A stretch of 52,042 bases of DNA, filler included, from Bipalium vagum (GCA_037834085.1; 3 parts of 3 records of this genome joined end to end with filler, not necessarily neighbours in it), one strand, 5' to 3'. Shown: positions 20,701-35,599, numbered from the whole stretch's first letter. Program-made: numbers and translations. The notes: generated by a model from the sequence alone, not told the origin.

Positions 20701-23700
20701 GACGTCTCATTACTGTACAAAGACTGGTGAGGGAATCGTTTAACTGGTCAAGCTTAGAATGGTCAACAAATTCATTATCCAAAGTAAAAACAGAACTGCT
20801 TTTATCGTCTTTACAAGAATCTGTACTTGGACTGTTGAAGTAGTCTGACGTCGTCTCGGTTCCTGGATCCTGGTTCAAAATTAAGGAGAAAAGAAATTTT
20901 AAAAAATTACTGTCGATACTGATGTGCTTTCGTACACAATCCGAAAAACAAAGTCAGACAGACATGAATTGCATTCATCGTCATCTAAAACGGTACTTTC
21001 AACCAATTTATCCACAGATGAATTCGAACGCATTTTCAAAGTCCTGAAACTATCGAATAAACTAAACCCTTTCGACCGAATGCTTTTATAAATATTTCTG
21101 TCGTCATCCGATGTCAAGCTGCAATTACTACGTCTTCTGACCATCTTAGGAAAAGCCTTTTCTCCTAAAATGAAAATTATTTTTACATAAATGTTATTAA
21201 GTTTATTAAAGTTCGTCCACTACTAGTGAAATGTTTACCAGATAAATGACAATAAAACCTTAACGAGGAAAACGATTATGACCGAATAATATTCAAGCTA
21301 TATGTATTAGGTTGTCGAAAAAGTTCTGCAACAACTAAATAAAACTGTTTTCTTTGTGAAATTAGATTATAACAAATCTTAAGATTAATTCTCCAATTGA
21401 TTATCAATAAATCGATAAAAATTTATATTTTTGTTATACATTATACCTCAAACGGCTCTCATTAAATTTGAACTTCGGGTTTTAATCGGTCATTGTTGAA
21501 ATCAAGAACAATCCATAAGAGATGCGCTGCAAAGGAAATGTGTGTTGAAGAAAGAGAAGAAATTGTAAGTTACAGTACCGTTTCAAGGTGATGCAATCAA
21601 TTTGATTTCGGTGACTTGAGTCTTTAAGATCAGCCTCGCTCTGGTAAACTTTCAGATTTAGGCGGCAAAGGCTCTCCAAGCTTTATTGGAATTTGAATCA
21701 TTAACAAGCACTTGTGATTTGGAACTTGAAATTGGAATAAACAAATCAACGATTCATCGTCATCTGCAATAACTTGATTTTATCCACAAGAAACTGCTTT
21801 AAGATCAACATGGTCTCACCGAAGTACAAAGTGGTAGATAATGATGGATTGTATTTTAAATTTAAACAATGTTGTCTGTTTTAAAAACTTTAAATAAAGT
21901 TGTATATCTTTCGTCGTAAAATGACAAACTATTCTTAGCATTAGTGACTTCTAAAACCAAATATAACATGCCAATCATCAAACGATTCATTGATTAACAA
22001 TCCTGTTACCCATATTGATTTTCTCTATAAATATAATTTAAAAAACAACAGTTTAAGATAATCAAAATAATATAAATATATAAAAGTATAATACAACCTA
22101 TGTCCCAAAAAATGATTTGTTGATTTTAATATTAATTTTGTTTTACTGAGCTACTTTGTATATTTTTAGGATACATTTTCAATTTTTAATAAATATTCTT
22201 TTAGAAGAACAGGAAATATTATTTTTATTATATTACGAGAGAGTACTACTCAAAATGGGAAAATTCGAACTAAATTAAGAGTCAATACTTAATTATGGAA
22301 TGGCATATCGATCACTGTGTATAATAAAAGAACGTTGAATTATGATAAAATAGTTCTGTTCACTTTGTATAAGTCTATACTAATCCAAATCCGTAATTTA
22401 TAACAGTCCGCTTCATTTATCGGTACGAAAAAGATTTAAAATCCGTAAATTATCTAGAATGATTACCGTCATTGACTTGAAGTAGGGGCGGCTCCAGCCT
22501 GCCAGTTGGCATTAAACCGTTTTCCAGACACGTTAAAAATTGCAATAAATGACAGCCCGAAGGAAAATATAACGGCGGGTGTTGAACACCATCTTGACAA
22601 ACAAGAGTCACCTTTCCACTTTTGTCGTCTGGAAAATATCAAAAAGCGATCAGATATCAGATAGTCTTGATCAAAAAGTACCGTTTTGATGAACATGGAG
22701 GTACACAATATTTTCTAACTTAATCAACAGAGCACTGTCCCATTGAAGCCTGGACATAAAAATGGCCATTAAATCAAACAAAATATATTCAATTTTAATA
22801 AAGACCAAGTTTAACAAACTTTGGACGGTTAAAATATTGATTTAATTAAATTAAAACTAAGGTCTCTTTCCAAAAGAAAAGCGGTATCAATTTTTTACTG
22901 AATAATGACAATAAATGATTTTTTTCGATTTATTTTTAAAATAATAATAATAATATTAATATTAATATTAATATTAAAAATAATAACAATGATTAATAAG
23001 TAGTCTATCAAAATCATCATTTCCGAAAAGGTTGATTCTTAAATTGATTAGTGATTTATTTTACGAAATCTTGTAAAGATAGAGAAATAAAGACATGAAA
23101 ATCAATAGAATAATCGTTGAGAACAGCAGATTAAATGGAAGGTTAATGAATAACGTACGCTTTTGAAGATCCTGGAGAGATACAATTATAGGAATCTTTA
23201 TCACTAGGCATAAACAAATCAGCTTCATTCATGGTTTCCATATCATGATGGGTTTGACAGTTCATCAATTGATTGGGCGTCCATTTGAGTCTTAGTTTAT
23301 CTCCAAAGGTTTGGTGCAACGATAGATACCCTTGCATTTCATTCAGATCGTCTTTCTGTAACAAAAAGGCAGAGGAAAGAGGTAATTAAATTAAAAAAAT
23401 ATTAATGACTGATACATATTCCATTTTTATCAAAAATTTTTCTAACTAACTGAAAAATGCTCTTGTTTCATTGGATTCACAGGTGCAAATTAAGAAGGTC
23501 TTGTAAGCAGAGAATCGATTGAATATTTTGAAGATAAAAGAAAATGTTGAGGCATTTCAATTCAAAATAGCTTGAAATCATTAAGACACGATTGCAAACA
23601 CGAGTGGTCATTCATGTTTGGTCTCCATGTGAACATCTTCTCAGCCAAAATTTTATAATTAAAATAACACAGGTAAGCTTCTATTATATTAGAACTTTAT

Positions 23701-26700
23701 GTTATTATTTTAGGTTTGTTTTAATAACATAAAACGTTTTTTAACAGACAATGACAACGGCGCAAATTAGAACTTGCTTACTTTATGAATATATGTTAAA
23801 GAAAAATGCACCACATGCTGTGCGAAATATTTGCCAAGCGTGTGGTAAGGATTCAGTTACTAAACGAGATGCTCATCGTTGTTTCAAACGATTCCGTTCT
23901 GGGGACACATCGATTAAAGCTCAGGTCGACCATCAGCGATTTATAATAGCTCTTTAAAACCCAAGATCGAGCCCAACCCTCAACAATAAACTCCTGCACT
24001 TGTAGATATATTTAAAGTAGGCAACCAAACAGTTGGCGATCATCTTAAACCAATTGGAAAAGTAAAAAAACTACAAAAATAGATCCCACATCAATTAAGA
24101 GAAAATTGCAAAAATCAGCGATTATCCATTGGCTCTTCTTTGTTGATAAAAAACAAAAATGAAGCTATCCTTAAAAGAATTATTACCTGTGACGAGAAAT
24201 GGATATTCTTTGACAGGACATGACGTTCCGGTTGCAAACACGGTTGCAAAACAAGGAAATAATCCAAAGAAAAGAAGAATAACCGTTTGGTGGTCTATGA
24301 TCGGTATTATTCATTATGATTTCTTGAATTTTAGGGAAACTGTCACAGCATAATCATATTATCGTGAACTCGATGATTGTTATGAAAAACTGAAATAAAA
24401 CCACCCTGTCTTGGATAATCAAAAATCCATTACTTTTGCACGATAATGCTCTACAAAAATTGCAGGAACTGAATTACGAAACTTTACCTCACCAACCTCA
24501 TTCCCCAGATATATCTCCCACGGATTATCATCTATTCCAATCACTTGACAATTTCCTATCAAAATAAGCAGTTCAAAAATCAGGATGATGTTCAAAATAC
24601 CTTCGCTTCTTTCATTGAATCCCGTGACCTGGACTTTTTCAGAAACTGTAAAAAGAAACTCGTACAACATTGGCGACGTATCGTAGATGTCAATGATGCA
24701 CATTGTGATTAATAAAAATTTTTATAGTGACTTATCGACTTTTGATTTGTGAGATGAAAAAGCGACAATACTTTTCCTTCAATCTAATATTAAAATTTCC
24801 AAATTTAATTTTCATTTGTTTAAATGCATTAATTTAATAAAATGTTCACCTCAACCAGATAACACTTTAAACTGTTCAGTGCAGAAATCATAACATATTT
24901 CCGCCAGATTCAATTTTATGAATTGAGATTTGACTAAATCGGTGTGCAGCAGGATGAGATAATAATTTTGTATGGGACGCATAAAGCCTAAACAAACAAA
25001 GTTCTAACATTCATTTATGTAAGAAGAACGACCCCTTTCTCTATCAGAAAATGATTAGACAAATATAAAAACTTTGGGAAAAACATGTAACCCTTCACTC
25101 TATGACTAGACCACAGTTAACTGAAATCATGAAAAGTTTTCTGTGAGGAGTATATGATCTAATTCATCAAGGATTTTGAAAGCTGATGAGACAACAACTC
25201 CAACTTCGTTCACTGAATGATAAAATGACCAGAGATGTCAAAATAAAAGTACTGGCTTAGTACACTCAAAAGTACTAATTACTCTCGACGACAATGTTTA
25301 TTTGGAGACCACAAATTTAACACTACATGAGTTGAACGACCTAGACTAGAAAACCCATAATTTAGCCTTTTCCCTGGTACCTTAAACAGCAGAATTTAAT
25401 CTTTTCAGGTATTTGAAAAACTTCTGTTCAGAAAGAAGGCGATGACAATCTTCAAATCTACATGAATTCCTAAGCTGTGAAAAACCAAAGTTCCTTTGCA
25501 GTGGAATCAAATGAATAACTTTGATTAGTAAAAGTTTTTGCTTAAAAGCGTGCTCAAATGTGCTAAAGTTCACCGTGAAATGTTCCATGAATGTTGAATT
25601 AACTTAATAACATGGGGTTCAGAAATGAAGAATAGAAACCAGAGATAGATTTGAAAGAATCGTTTGAAATTTCAAAAGGTTAATGTAGTGAATGGTTTCT
25701 TTCGATTTGGAGACCTTTAAGAATTAATTTGTCTTATTTTTACTTGAAAAATAACGAGGAAATTAAAAATGCCTCATTTAGGCTGAGGAAGAGAGCATCA
25801 AGAAAATATGCCTTCCTGCCAGATTAAAAAAGAACACAAAAGTCAAAATATTACCCCTCGAGAACGATAACTTAGGACCATCAAGTCCGACAATGACATA
25901 CCAGACATAAAATTCAGCTTAAAAAGAATAATAATAATAATAAAATGAAACATTTTTTTTCTCTAAAGTTTCATTGGTGGATTTGTATAAATAAACAAAT
26001 CTCGATTCCAAAAAGAACTTTAAAATATTTAATGTTGGTGGTCACAGTCTTGAATAAGTAATGGATCTTGAAATAAGACAACAAAAACACAAGAGTGTAA
26101 ATACAATTTAATCTCTTTAGAGATCCCTAGACGAGAAAAGTACGGGTGACGAATGTAAATAATGAAACAGTCCTCTTTTTGTTTCAGTCCAATGTCTGCA
26201 GAGAAACAGAAAACCAGCTGATCATTTTCTTCGAGACAGTTTTCAATAAAGAAAAACCTGTGCTCGTCAACTATGACAGCACAACCTTTACTTGAAATCA
26301 GTTCCGAACTCAAGTCCCGCATTTATTAAGGAATTATAATATTTCTACGTGATATTTTTACGGTGCTCAGTGTGCGAGGTCAAGAAGAATAATAATGAAC
26401 ACAATTTGCACTTTATAAAACGAAAATTTGAAATATATTTTCTTATTTAATATTTCAAGCACGACTTTAACGCTATCAATGCCGAGAACAAACGCTAGCT
26501 TAATAGAAAATCAATTGATTGTTCTCTAATATGAGCACTAAATATTATTATAATAATAGATCAGCATTAAATCAAGCTACAGACAAAAAGGACGATGTTT
26601 TGTCATTTTTAAACGGCCTAAATCAGCACAAGTCATTTATTACAGTTCAAAACGACATGCCAACCATTTGAACCAAGAAGAGTGCACTGGAGTGCAGTAA

Positions 26701-29700
26701 TGACCATATTTGGCTGAACAAAAAGTTCGTTACTTATTATTTTGAACTGATTATTAAAAAATTGTTCTAAAAACATTTTGTTATATTAAGTGTATCGCAT
26801 GAGATTTATTGGCTTGTAAAGTTCAAAAGGCAATTAATACAATTTATTGAAAATAATCGATTTTGGTCAAATGAAAAGTAACAACATTAATCACAGTAAT
26901 TTCTATTATTATACATTGTATATGACCTATTTCCATCTTAAATGTTTAAGTATCATCTCATCTTTATAAAAAGTGAAGGACTTTGATGTAAAGAAAGTGT
27001 CCAGGGTAGTTTTGATATTTTCTTCTGTTGAAAATTACCTAACACTTAGGTCATTTTGTACAGACATGAACAAGTGATAATCTAAAGGAGCGATGTCATG
27101 TGAGTATGCAAAGATGCAGAAGAAGTCCTCATTCTAAATTTTTGATTTTTTGTAATGTCAATTTTGAAGAATTGGAAAGGACACTGTTATTTTAATGAAT
27201 TTCATTCTATTGATTTCAATTCAGCTTCGAGCTTCCCTAATTGATCACATTAGACGTTTGCTGTTTTTGACATAAATTTTGGCAATACTCAAAAAAGATT
27301 AGACATCATTAGCGGGCGGGCATGAAGCCAACTTGGTATTAGCTTATGACAGGTTTTAAACACTGCTGCTTTAATATAGACGTGATACAATCACTTTTCA
27401 TCACATGTCACAGTTCTTTTCAAAAAGTTTTCTTTCTTAATTTTGAAGAGAAGAATAAATTTGTAACTTCTTCCATTTGCTGTTATCACTCAAGCAATAA
27501 AGAATGTGTGGCCCTTCTTAACTTATTTTCCTTAATTGATGAAGAGTGGAAATTGTGGTGTGATAGACTTGTAAGCGACGTCCTTACTCTCATGGTACAT
27601 TAAGTCTTGGTTCTTCCAATAGTCAAAAGAGCATGGGCATCAAAATTTGAAAAAACTTTCTCCTCTACTTTCCGATAGATCACAATCCCCAATCTATTAA
27701 ACTTTCAGAACCATTTTTAGCATTCTTGATAAACAGATAATATACAAAATTTCCAAATGAATTTGACGTAGTTGATCATTTTCCATACGCATATAATAGA
27801 CAATGACGAATATAAATTTCTTCAGCTTTCATTTAAAAATATTTATATTTTATGATTTGATTTCTAAATAAAGATCGAAAATTTAATTAAATTAATACAG
27901 TAAAACAAATTTCAAAACAATATTTGAAGTTATTATTCGAATATTTTAATAAGTGTCAAATAGATTTTTAAATGAATTATTTTGTTAGATTAGTTACAGA
28001 TACGGAGGAGATAATAGTCATTAGTAACAGTGATGTTTTAAAATGATAATATCGGTGAAAATAATATGGTTTCTAAAAAATGGTTTCATTGAGATTATAA
28101 AGTCTTACCGGCTGAACTACAACATTATTTTTGCCGTACAGTATAATATTCTTCATATTTTGATGTAGAGATTCCACGTAATCTTTAGCCAGGGATTTAT
28201 TTTCTGTATTACCTCCGTTCGATAATTGCTGAGGTGACATAGTAAAAATGTTCCCAAAAGCATTATTTGTAGCTGGATCTTGAAATTTTAGCGATGGACA
28301 AGTGTGGTGCTGAATTTTGAGATTAGGTCGGTTTTTATTAGAGCAAGTTATCTTCAACCCGGACCGATAAATATTTCGATCAAGATTCATTGCCCAAGAA
28401 CCTTTACTGTGAATATTATGACGATCAAGCAGTTCAGATGCGTCAGGATCAGCCCACAAATGGTCACTTGGTTTCACAAGACTGAAATCAAGTGAACATG
28501 GTCCCGCTGAAAGACATCATTTTTTATACATGTTATGAAAATACAAATTCTAGTGTGGCATTTTCTCCAGCAAAATATTAAAAGAATTACAAATTAATAA
28601 GCGCTTTTCTTTTTCATTTTATGGTTTACTTTTAAATCATTTAAATCATAGGTAACCAATGATTTCTTTGACGATATAAGTTGTTTTAGAAATAACCCTT
28701 TTTCTCTTGACATCGAATTTCGGGGACTTAATACGATTAGACAAATATACGACTCCTCTCTCCAATATTGAATTACTCCCATTACTGTGATAATCGACTC
28801 CGTTGTAACCAGAGTAGTCTGTATTCATCCTTTTTGAATTTATAAAACCCGAAAAAAATTTACTTCACCCAAATATAACAAAAAATCTCAGAACTTTATT
28901 ATCGACTTTCCTGAAAAAGAAATTTAAATAAATTTAAGTTAATTTTGTCTTTCTTAATCTTTGTTTAAATAGATTCAAATAGAAATCACCAAGACTACGG
29001 TTCGTCTTTCCAATTTTGTGAGTTTTTCAGTGAAATTAAAAACGGATTAAAATAAAATGAGATGGTTACGCATTGATAACATTCCCTAAATAAGATACAA
29101 ATCAAGACAAAATATTAAGTGACAAGCAAAATAAATGAGTAGTAGAATTAATGCGTCACAGAATACACCAAAATCCGATAACACCACCAACACGGTCTAC
29201 TCAATAAGTTTTCAGCTTACTGATCAGGTCTTTAAGATAAGATCAAAATAAGATTACAGTTGAAATGTTCTCTTATTTCTAAAAAGTTGGAAACTTTGTC
29301 ACTGCTTGGAGTCACTCCTCTTTGAACTTTGATAAGACCATTAGCATATCATTTGATATTTCTAGTGGTTCTATGGACTTTGGTAATTTAAGCAGTCGAA
29401 TCGAATAATTGAGGTTGACTTTCCCTGTATGGGATATAAATAATCCCGTTGGTATTGGAACCAAACTTAGTGCTCCCATGTCGTCGTTACTAGTTATGAT
29501 AGATCTCGACTCCCTAGGTCTATTAATGTGATGTATTTGGTAATTTTTGCAGCGAGTAACACCTCCTGGTCGTCAGATGATCATAAAAAAATGTGGCTTT
29601 TAAATGAAAAATAGACCAAACTATATTCAGGATAGTTTAAGGAACGATAACAATCATTAATGGCAATAAGGACCACTATTCTCGGCAATCATCAGTTATA

Positions 29701-32700
29701 AATCTGTGAACTTTTTTGATTTATTCGAATTCAGATTTTATTAAATTATTGGATGATCATTAAACGACCTCAGGTTTCGATTGAGATTCAATTGAAATGG
29801 GATGAAGATTTTAAGATGGCGGAAAAAATTGGAAATATTCGGTTTATTCAAAAGATTTATGTGAACAATAATCCACGTAATGTAAAACAATCAAAATTGT
29901 CTAAATCCTAATGGATCGTATGGTTTCAGATCTAGGGCGAAGCTTGTTTCTCATAGATTGCTTCTCTGAGATTGACGTTTTGCAAACCAGTAATAAATTA
30001 TCCGTTCGTTACCTTGGATGGTCCCAGTTGCATTTGATCCCAGTTATGATAATCTCTTCAATATTCATATTGACTAAATTTTTCAACAAGAAAGGCGAAT
30101 TTAAAAATTGATATTTTCACATCACGGATAAAAACTGCAGAATGATTGGATCAATATTTTGATAAGAAGTCCCTTTTTTGTTTTAATCATAAAACTCATT
30201 TATAAACCAGAATTTTTTTTATTTTAAAACGGCAAAAAATAGTGGGTTCGGCAATCAATAAAGATATATAAATAATTTGTTTAACTCGAAGAAATGATTT
30301 ATTTCATTGAAGAACAGTCCAACAACACTTCATTTAGTGACATGGAATTAAAATTGTTCGAAAAAAAACAAAAATTACCTAGAAGATCAATAAACAATGT
30401 CCCACTGAGAGATCCGGACATTATGGACGTTTCATTATAAAATGATCTGAGGGTTACATATAAAAATTCAATATGTTAAATTTTTACAGAAAAATTACAT
30501 ACGAATGATGTTTCATAAGATGATCGATAATAAGCACCAGTTTCTTTTCCACGAGAGATAATTTGATCCACAAATATTTCATCAGAAAAGGTTTGGGCCT
30601 GATAAAATTGAAAATTTTACAGATTTCTTCTTTATCAATAATTATTAGAACCAGACAAAGGAAAATGCATGTCATATTTCATAATAAACCAAAACAAATT
30701 TCGGAGATTTTATAAATAAATGAACAGGGTGTCCCAAGATTCACGCAAGAATAATTCTGGCACAAAGCACGTGTAATTTATCAAGAATAGTACATTTTAT
30801 TGATTATTAATACAGTATAGGGTTGGTTATGAAATAACATATTGGATATATGACTTCCACAACTATATCCACTTTTTGTCGAATTTCTCAGAGATTAAGA
30901 AAATATAAAGTAAGACGAATTGCTTTTCCTTGGCATAAAAAGGAACCATTTCTTGAAACTGGAAATTAAAAAGAGTAATGGATTCGTAGATGATTTTAAT
31001 CATTCAGCAAAACCGATTGAGGATCACATTTTTTTCTAAAAGAACCCAGTCCGACGTTGGTATTAGTTTGTTCAAGTAGTAATGTTACTTTTAAATTGAA
31101 AAGTTAAATCTACACAAATGTCGATTGAAATGTGCACGCATTCCAGCTGCTCATAAAAAAATCGGAATTGATAGCCCAGCAGTCCTTAACCAATTCAAAG
31201 TGTAGAATCCTCTCAAAGTTCCACCAAACACAAAGCATGAATTTTCTGCCTAACCGATTTTTCTTTGGAATTGAAGGCGTTACTTGTCTCTTCTCCACAC
31301 ATCACTTGTCTCGATTATGTTTGAATAAATACACCCATTTCTCGTTTGACGTCAAACTTCATTCCAGAATCGATCATCCAATGGAAAGTTGAGTAATTTA
31401 GAGAAAAACTCGACCTGCCTGCTGGCTTGTGCTTCGGTGAGTTCGTTCGGATCTTGATGCGCATTCTCGTGAACAGAATCAAGTTTTTGCAATTTATTCC
31501 ATACTGTCAAGTGAGAAACTCCAAGTACAGTCTCTAAATCTCGAGTGCTCACTGATGGTTCTATAACCAAAGCAGCTTGCAAGTCACTTTTGTCTAAAAC
31601 AGTAGGTCGTCCAGAACCACGACTGTCTTCCAAATCAAAGTTTCCTTCGTGGAAGCGATTAAAGCATTTGCCCACAGCAGTTATGCCAATTTTCTTTTCG
31701 CCTTCAATTTTATTGATTTTTACCGTAGAATCTTTTATTGTCAATCCTTTCTTCCAGTAGTGACGTAGCAACACCTGAATCTCGAACTTTGTAATCTCGT
31801 AACCAGCATAAGACATTTCCCAACAAAAATGAATTCCAAGATCGAAATAAATTTTAAAAAACAATTTTAAGTTTGTTCACGAACTTTATGTACAACCAAT
31901 AATGCTCATCTTCACGTCCCACAAACATCATCGTTAAAAACTAGAAAAGAAAAATCCATAGAACAGACTCATGATTACACGATTAATATCAGCAATAAAA
32001 CAGTAATTATGTCAGTTCGAGTACTAATAAATGATTTATGGTTCTCAAATCAATATAATTCAATAAAATCACTGAAGTGCTGGTTAATAAAACAACCATA
32101 AATCTTAGAGGCTGTCTTGAGAACGTAAGTCAACCTAAAACACATTTCTTTCATAAGTAAAATGAAAATTCATAATGATGATATAAGATCTCAGGTCCGT
32201 TCAAACGTTAATAACAACTTAAAATCGGTGGACTATGAACCTCGTCGACTATCTACCTTACTTTTCAGACATGTATAAGGGGAACCCAAAAATAGTGCTT
32301 TTAATAATTTATTTATATTTCGTGTAAAATATTCTTTATATTATAAAACCACATTTTCATGATATCTTGTTTGAATCAACCAATTTGAGGAGCAAACATC
32401 ACCATGGAAACCTCACCATAATGCAGGACCACTCCCGCTCTCACGCAGTCAAATTTTCTAATTCCTTCTTGATGCAGATGCAATCAAGCGTACTCCACAT
32501 CCACCATACTTTGCTGTCATGGACCAGATGGATTGCCTCATATTCCGTAGTTTAGAGTCAAAGAGAAGAATGAAATCATTCAAATCCGTGCATGAAATAA
32601 AAAATTTCGTAAATAGATGAGCTGACACGTGAGTTGAGCCACTTCAGAGACGACCTGGACAATATCACTTTATGTAATGGTGAATATTGATCATAAAATG

Positions 32701-33486
32701 TTGTACGATTTTTTGAATAAATGTCGTGTAAAAATTCTGTCTTCGGGTCCATCGATTTTTAATTTGGCGGTAATAGAGATTTATTTGACTATTTAAAAGG
32801 ATAAAATAAAAACAATCGTTATTTTTCCTTTTAAATTGTTCCTTATCAACCTGATGCAAGAATCTTGTGTCACCAAAAATTAATTTTACTTCGGACGTTA
32901 CAAATATAAAGTGAAATGATCAATAGACGAACTTGTTGAAAATCCCACTCAACGTGCTGGGCAAGCTTATCGTATTGGGAGATTTCTGATTTGATCCGAA
33001 GCTCTCATTTTCTGAGAAAAAACGTCCATTCAACCCAGAAAGTGCTGGATTTGAAAAAGACTTCATTTTTTGAAGTATAAAAGAAGCGGCTTCACAATCC
33101 TTGGATATTTTCTTGAGAAGCCCAACGCAGTGATGATCCTCAAACAGACCGATGGTTCTGCGCTGCAGATTGTCCAAAACGCAAATTTCAATAGCACCTG
33201 AACAATGAAAAATAAAGTTTCCAAACACTTCTCAAGCAGAGAACAGACCACATAATACATTGACAGTGCTGCAATCGATGTAAATCAGCTTTTTCGTTGC
33301 GGCTTCTTCCATAACCCTTTTTGCCTGTAATAAAGTATTTTTTGAGTAAAAACATTAACAGATGGTCGCTACAAAAAAATATTATTTTCACTAACAGCCA
33401 CTTTTAATTGAGTAAGCAGATTGCTATGACGACTGTAGACTGTGGTCGAGAGCTCTGAGGCTGAGGCTGAATCGAAAATGGGATCT
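17751..33486 (-). CDS. SGSM1: Small G protein signalling modulator (SGSM1/2, RUTBC) RUN-PH-TBC Rab-GAP, multi-exon, 3' end missing
   Basis: Approximate exons: 33395-33486, 33249-33324 ([12 protein letters not shown]), 32940-33197 ([13 protein letters not shown]), 30500-30620 ([13 protein letters not shown]), 30379-30447, 28109-28507 ([20 protein letters not shown]; [22 protein letters not shown]), 23160-23357 ([17 protein letters not shown]), 22682-22750 (IVYLHVHQ), 22467-22629 ([23 protein letters not shown]), 20900-21165, 20672-20875 ([12 protein letters not shown]), 20480-20623, 18375-18444, 17903-18320 (LGHY), 17751-17847 ([14 protein letters not shown]). Start codon not identified. Confidence 0.9.
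18640..20040 (+). pseudogene. Polinton/Maverick (adintovirus-like) protein-primed DNA polymerase B with N-terminal endonuclease VII domain, decayed
   Basis: Ordered motifs across frameshifts: [15 protein letters not shown] (about 18645-18690), FYFHNG..Y.FHLF (18727), [37 protein letters not shown] (19180), APGIS, YYDAN.LY (19495), [26 protein letters not shown] (19936). Lies in an SGSM intron. Confidence 0.88.
20175..20285 (+). repeat. Third copy of the module found upstream of the HNH gene
   Basis: cagatttttattcaaaaataaataat...tattaaaaatcatagaaatatt matches the reverse complement of 2690-2763 and 3223-3297. Confidence 0.8.
21305..21840 (+). mobile_element. Mariner 5' fragment
   Basis: TA-TTAGGTTG terminal sequence at 21305; GDLSL*DQPRSGK and [12 protein letters not shown]-type motifs. 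Confidence 0.65.
23690..24788 (+). mobile_element. Near full-length decayed mariner (DD34D)
   Basis: [56 protein letters not shown]; right end caatctaa-TA. Confidence 0.85.
26790..27800 (-). mobile_element. Decayed mariner
   Basis: Minus strand [19 protein letters not shown] (YSPDLAPSDYHLF), and VTCDEK near 27390-27410. Confidence 0.75.
30815..31901 (-). mobile_element. Decayed mariner with open N-terminal ORF
   Basis: ORF 31352-31864 with [20 protein letters not shown] and PNELTEAQ, then DEKWV and KFMLCVWWN in shifted frames; end caaccaa-TA at 31901. Confidence 0.85.
32380..32720 (+). mobile_element. Mariner 3' fragment
   Basis: MQDHSRSH (HDNARPH) and VLPHPPY...DCLIFRSL. Confidence 0.6.
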
Positions 33487-33789
33487 GTCAATTTCGCCCC
33501 ACCATACCATATATTTATGATTGGCCAAATCTTTCTCGTAAAGCAAAGACAGAAGTAATCAAAAAATCAGATTTAGTCAAATACGCTTGCTAAATTTTAT
33601 CGCAAGCCCAAAAGAGATAATCTTTAAGTCAGCAAAGGAAAATCAAATCCATCAATTGTGTTGTGACTGTAAGTGATCGCGGAATGCCTTTACCGTTTAT
33701 CGTAATAAATCAAAGGAAATTTAAATATAAATAAAAAGATAATAAACTAAAATTTAAAAAATGAAAAATTTTACTATTATAATAATAAG

Positions 33790-33859
<70 letters not shown>

Positions 33860-33959
33860 NNNNNNNNNNNNNNNNNNNNNNNNNNNNNNNNNNNNNNNNN
33901 NNNTTAATTAATTAANNNNNNNNNNNNNNNNNNNNNNNNNNNNNNNNNNNNNNNNNNNN

Positions 33960-34035
<76 letters not shown>

Positions 34036-34036
34036 T
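33790..34036. repeat. (TTA)n and (TAA)n microsatellites flanking a second N44-TTAATTAATTAA-N44 spacer (33860-33959)
   Basis: Directly visible; repeat orientation flips across the gap. Confidence 0.95.
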
Positions 34037-35232
34037 AGATATTAAATGCATTTGTTATAATCTGCGCTGTTCAATTTATATATTATATTTTTTATTATTG
34101 TTAATTAAGTATAAGCATCTATAAATCTTATTATTTTAATTGGTTAATAAATATAATAATTTAGTATCAGATTTTTCCAGATTTATTAAATATTTTTTCA
34201 AACAAATTTCTGAACATAAAATTGAATACAAAACTATTCCAAAAGAAATCTTATTATAAAATTATTACGAGATTATTTTTCCAGGAAAACATATATTAAT
34301 TAAAAGATTTTGATATTTTTCCCGATTTTTTAAAATTATATTCCAAATATATATATATATATATATAATAATTGAGATGAAGAAACTGTATTAGAGACAT
34401 TAACTTGGCAGTTACAGATGGAAGATAAAATGTTGAGATTCCGATTTAAAATAAAATAAAAGCTGGAATAAATTAATTTTATTAATAGATCAGATTACAA
34501 CACGGAATTAATAGGCAAGCGATAAATCAGAAATAAAAATGGTAATGTAAATTGTATGCTTAATTTGATCAATTGTTGTATGGATCAAAGTCAGTGGGCA
34601 TCAGCAGATCAGAATGGATCGTTTATCATGACATTAATAGAAGGAAATACGGATGTCGGTACTTATATACTTTACATTCTTTCCAAATCAAGTGTTTTTT
34701 AAAGGGTTCTTATTTATGTTTTTGTGGAATTGTTGAATTATTTTTTATACTTATCTAACGACCTGTAGATATTTTTTAATAAATCACGACGTTTTACCTG
34801 CGGGTCATCGAGATAAATCCGGAAATTTTTAATCTTAATTAATTAAAAGAAGAAAAAAGACAAAACTAATAACTATATTAAAATAAAAATTGGTACACAA
34901 CTAAATTATTTTTATTATTCGATGTGATCACCATTATTTACTGTTCTGTATATACTGATTTTTTTGAACCTGATCTTAGAATATCTTTGTTAAATCCTAA
35001 ATTTCAAATAACTTTTATAAAGTTCATCATTTGAAATCATTTCAATATTCGTATTTTTTAAAATAAGAAAGGTTAAATTAATACAGTCAAACTCGATTAA
35101 TATCATTGCCTCCGTTCCAGGAAAAATGATGATAATAAACAGAACGTGATTATAGCCGAAAAGTTGTTTAACTTCACGATGAATGATATTAACCAATGAC
35201 ATAATCACAAAATAGCGTTATAAAATACGATA

Positions 35233-35454
35233 CAGTCGGCGCTCAGTTATTTGAACTCGTAGGGATTTCAAAAAAGTTCAAATAACTCAATTATTGAAAT
35301 AACTATATTACAAATAAAATTTATTTTAAAACAAATCCATGATCTTCCAGCTTTGTTTGAATAGACATGTTTTCATTTTCCAAATTTTTCAAAAAATTAT
35401 TCAAATAACTTAAAGTTTAAATAACTAAGCGTTCAAATAACTGAGCGCCGACTG
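35233..35454. mobile_element. Pogo/Tigger-like MITE, 222 bp
   Basis: Perfect 24-bp TIRs cagtcggcgctcagttatttgaac, TA duplicated on both sides, internal ttcaaataact repeats. Confidence 0.92.
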
Positions 35455-35599
35455 TATATACAAAAAAACTAAGATTAAGGCATAAAAAATTCTTTTTACT
35501 GCATCACTTTTAACCACAAAAAATATTCAATATATTGAGGTTCAAGACTCAAAAGAGAAAACAGATTTGATCATTACAAACGTAGGTTAAAATGTTACT

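Noticed and set aside
22469-22708. 79-aa minus ORF as an independent gene
   Set aside because: Wrong-frame read-through of two SGSM exons and their intron.
25180-25230. CTGATGAG hammerhead core
   Set aside because: No stem II closed by GAAA and no stems I/III.
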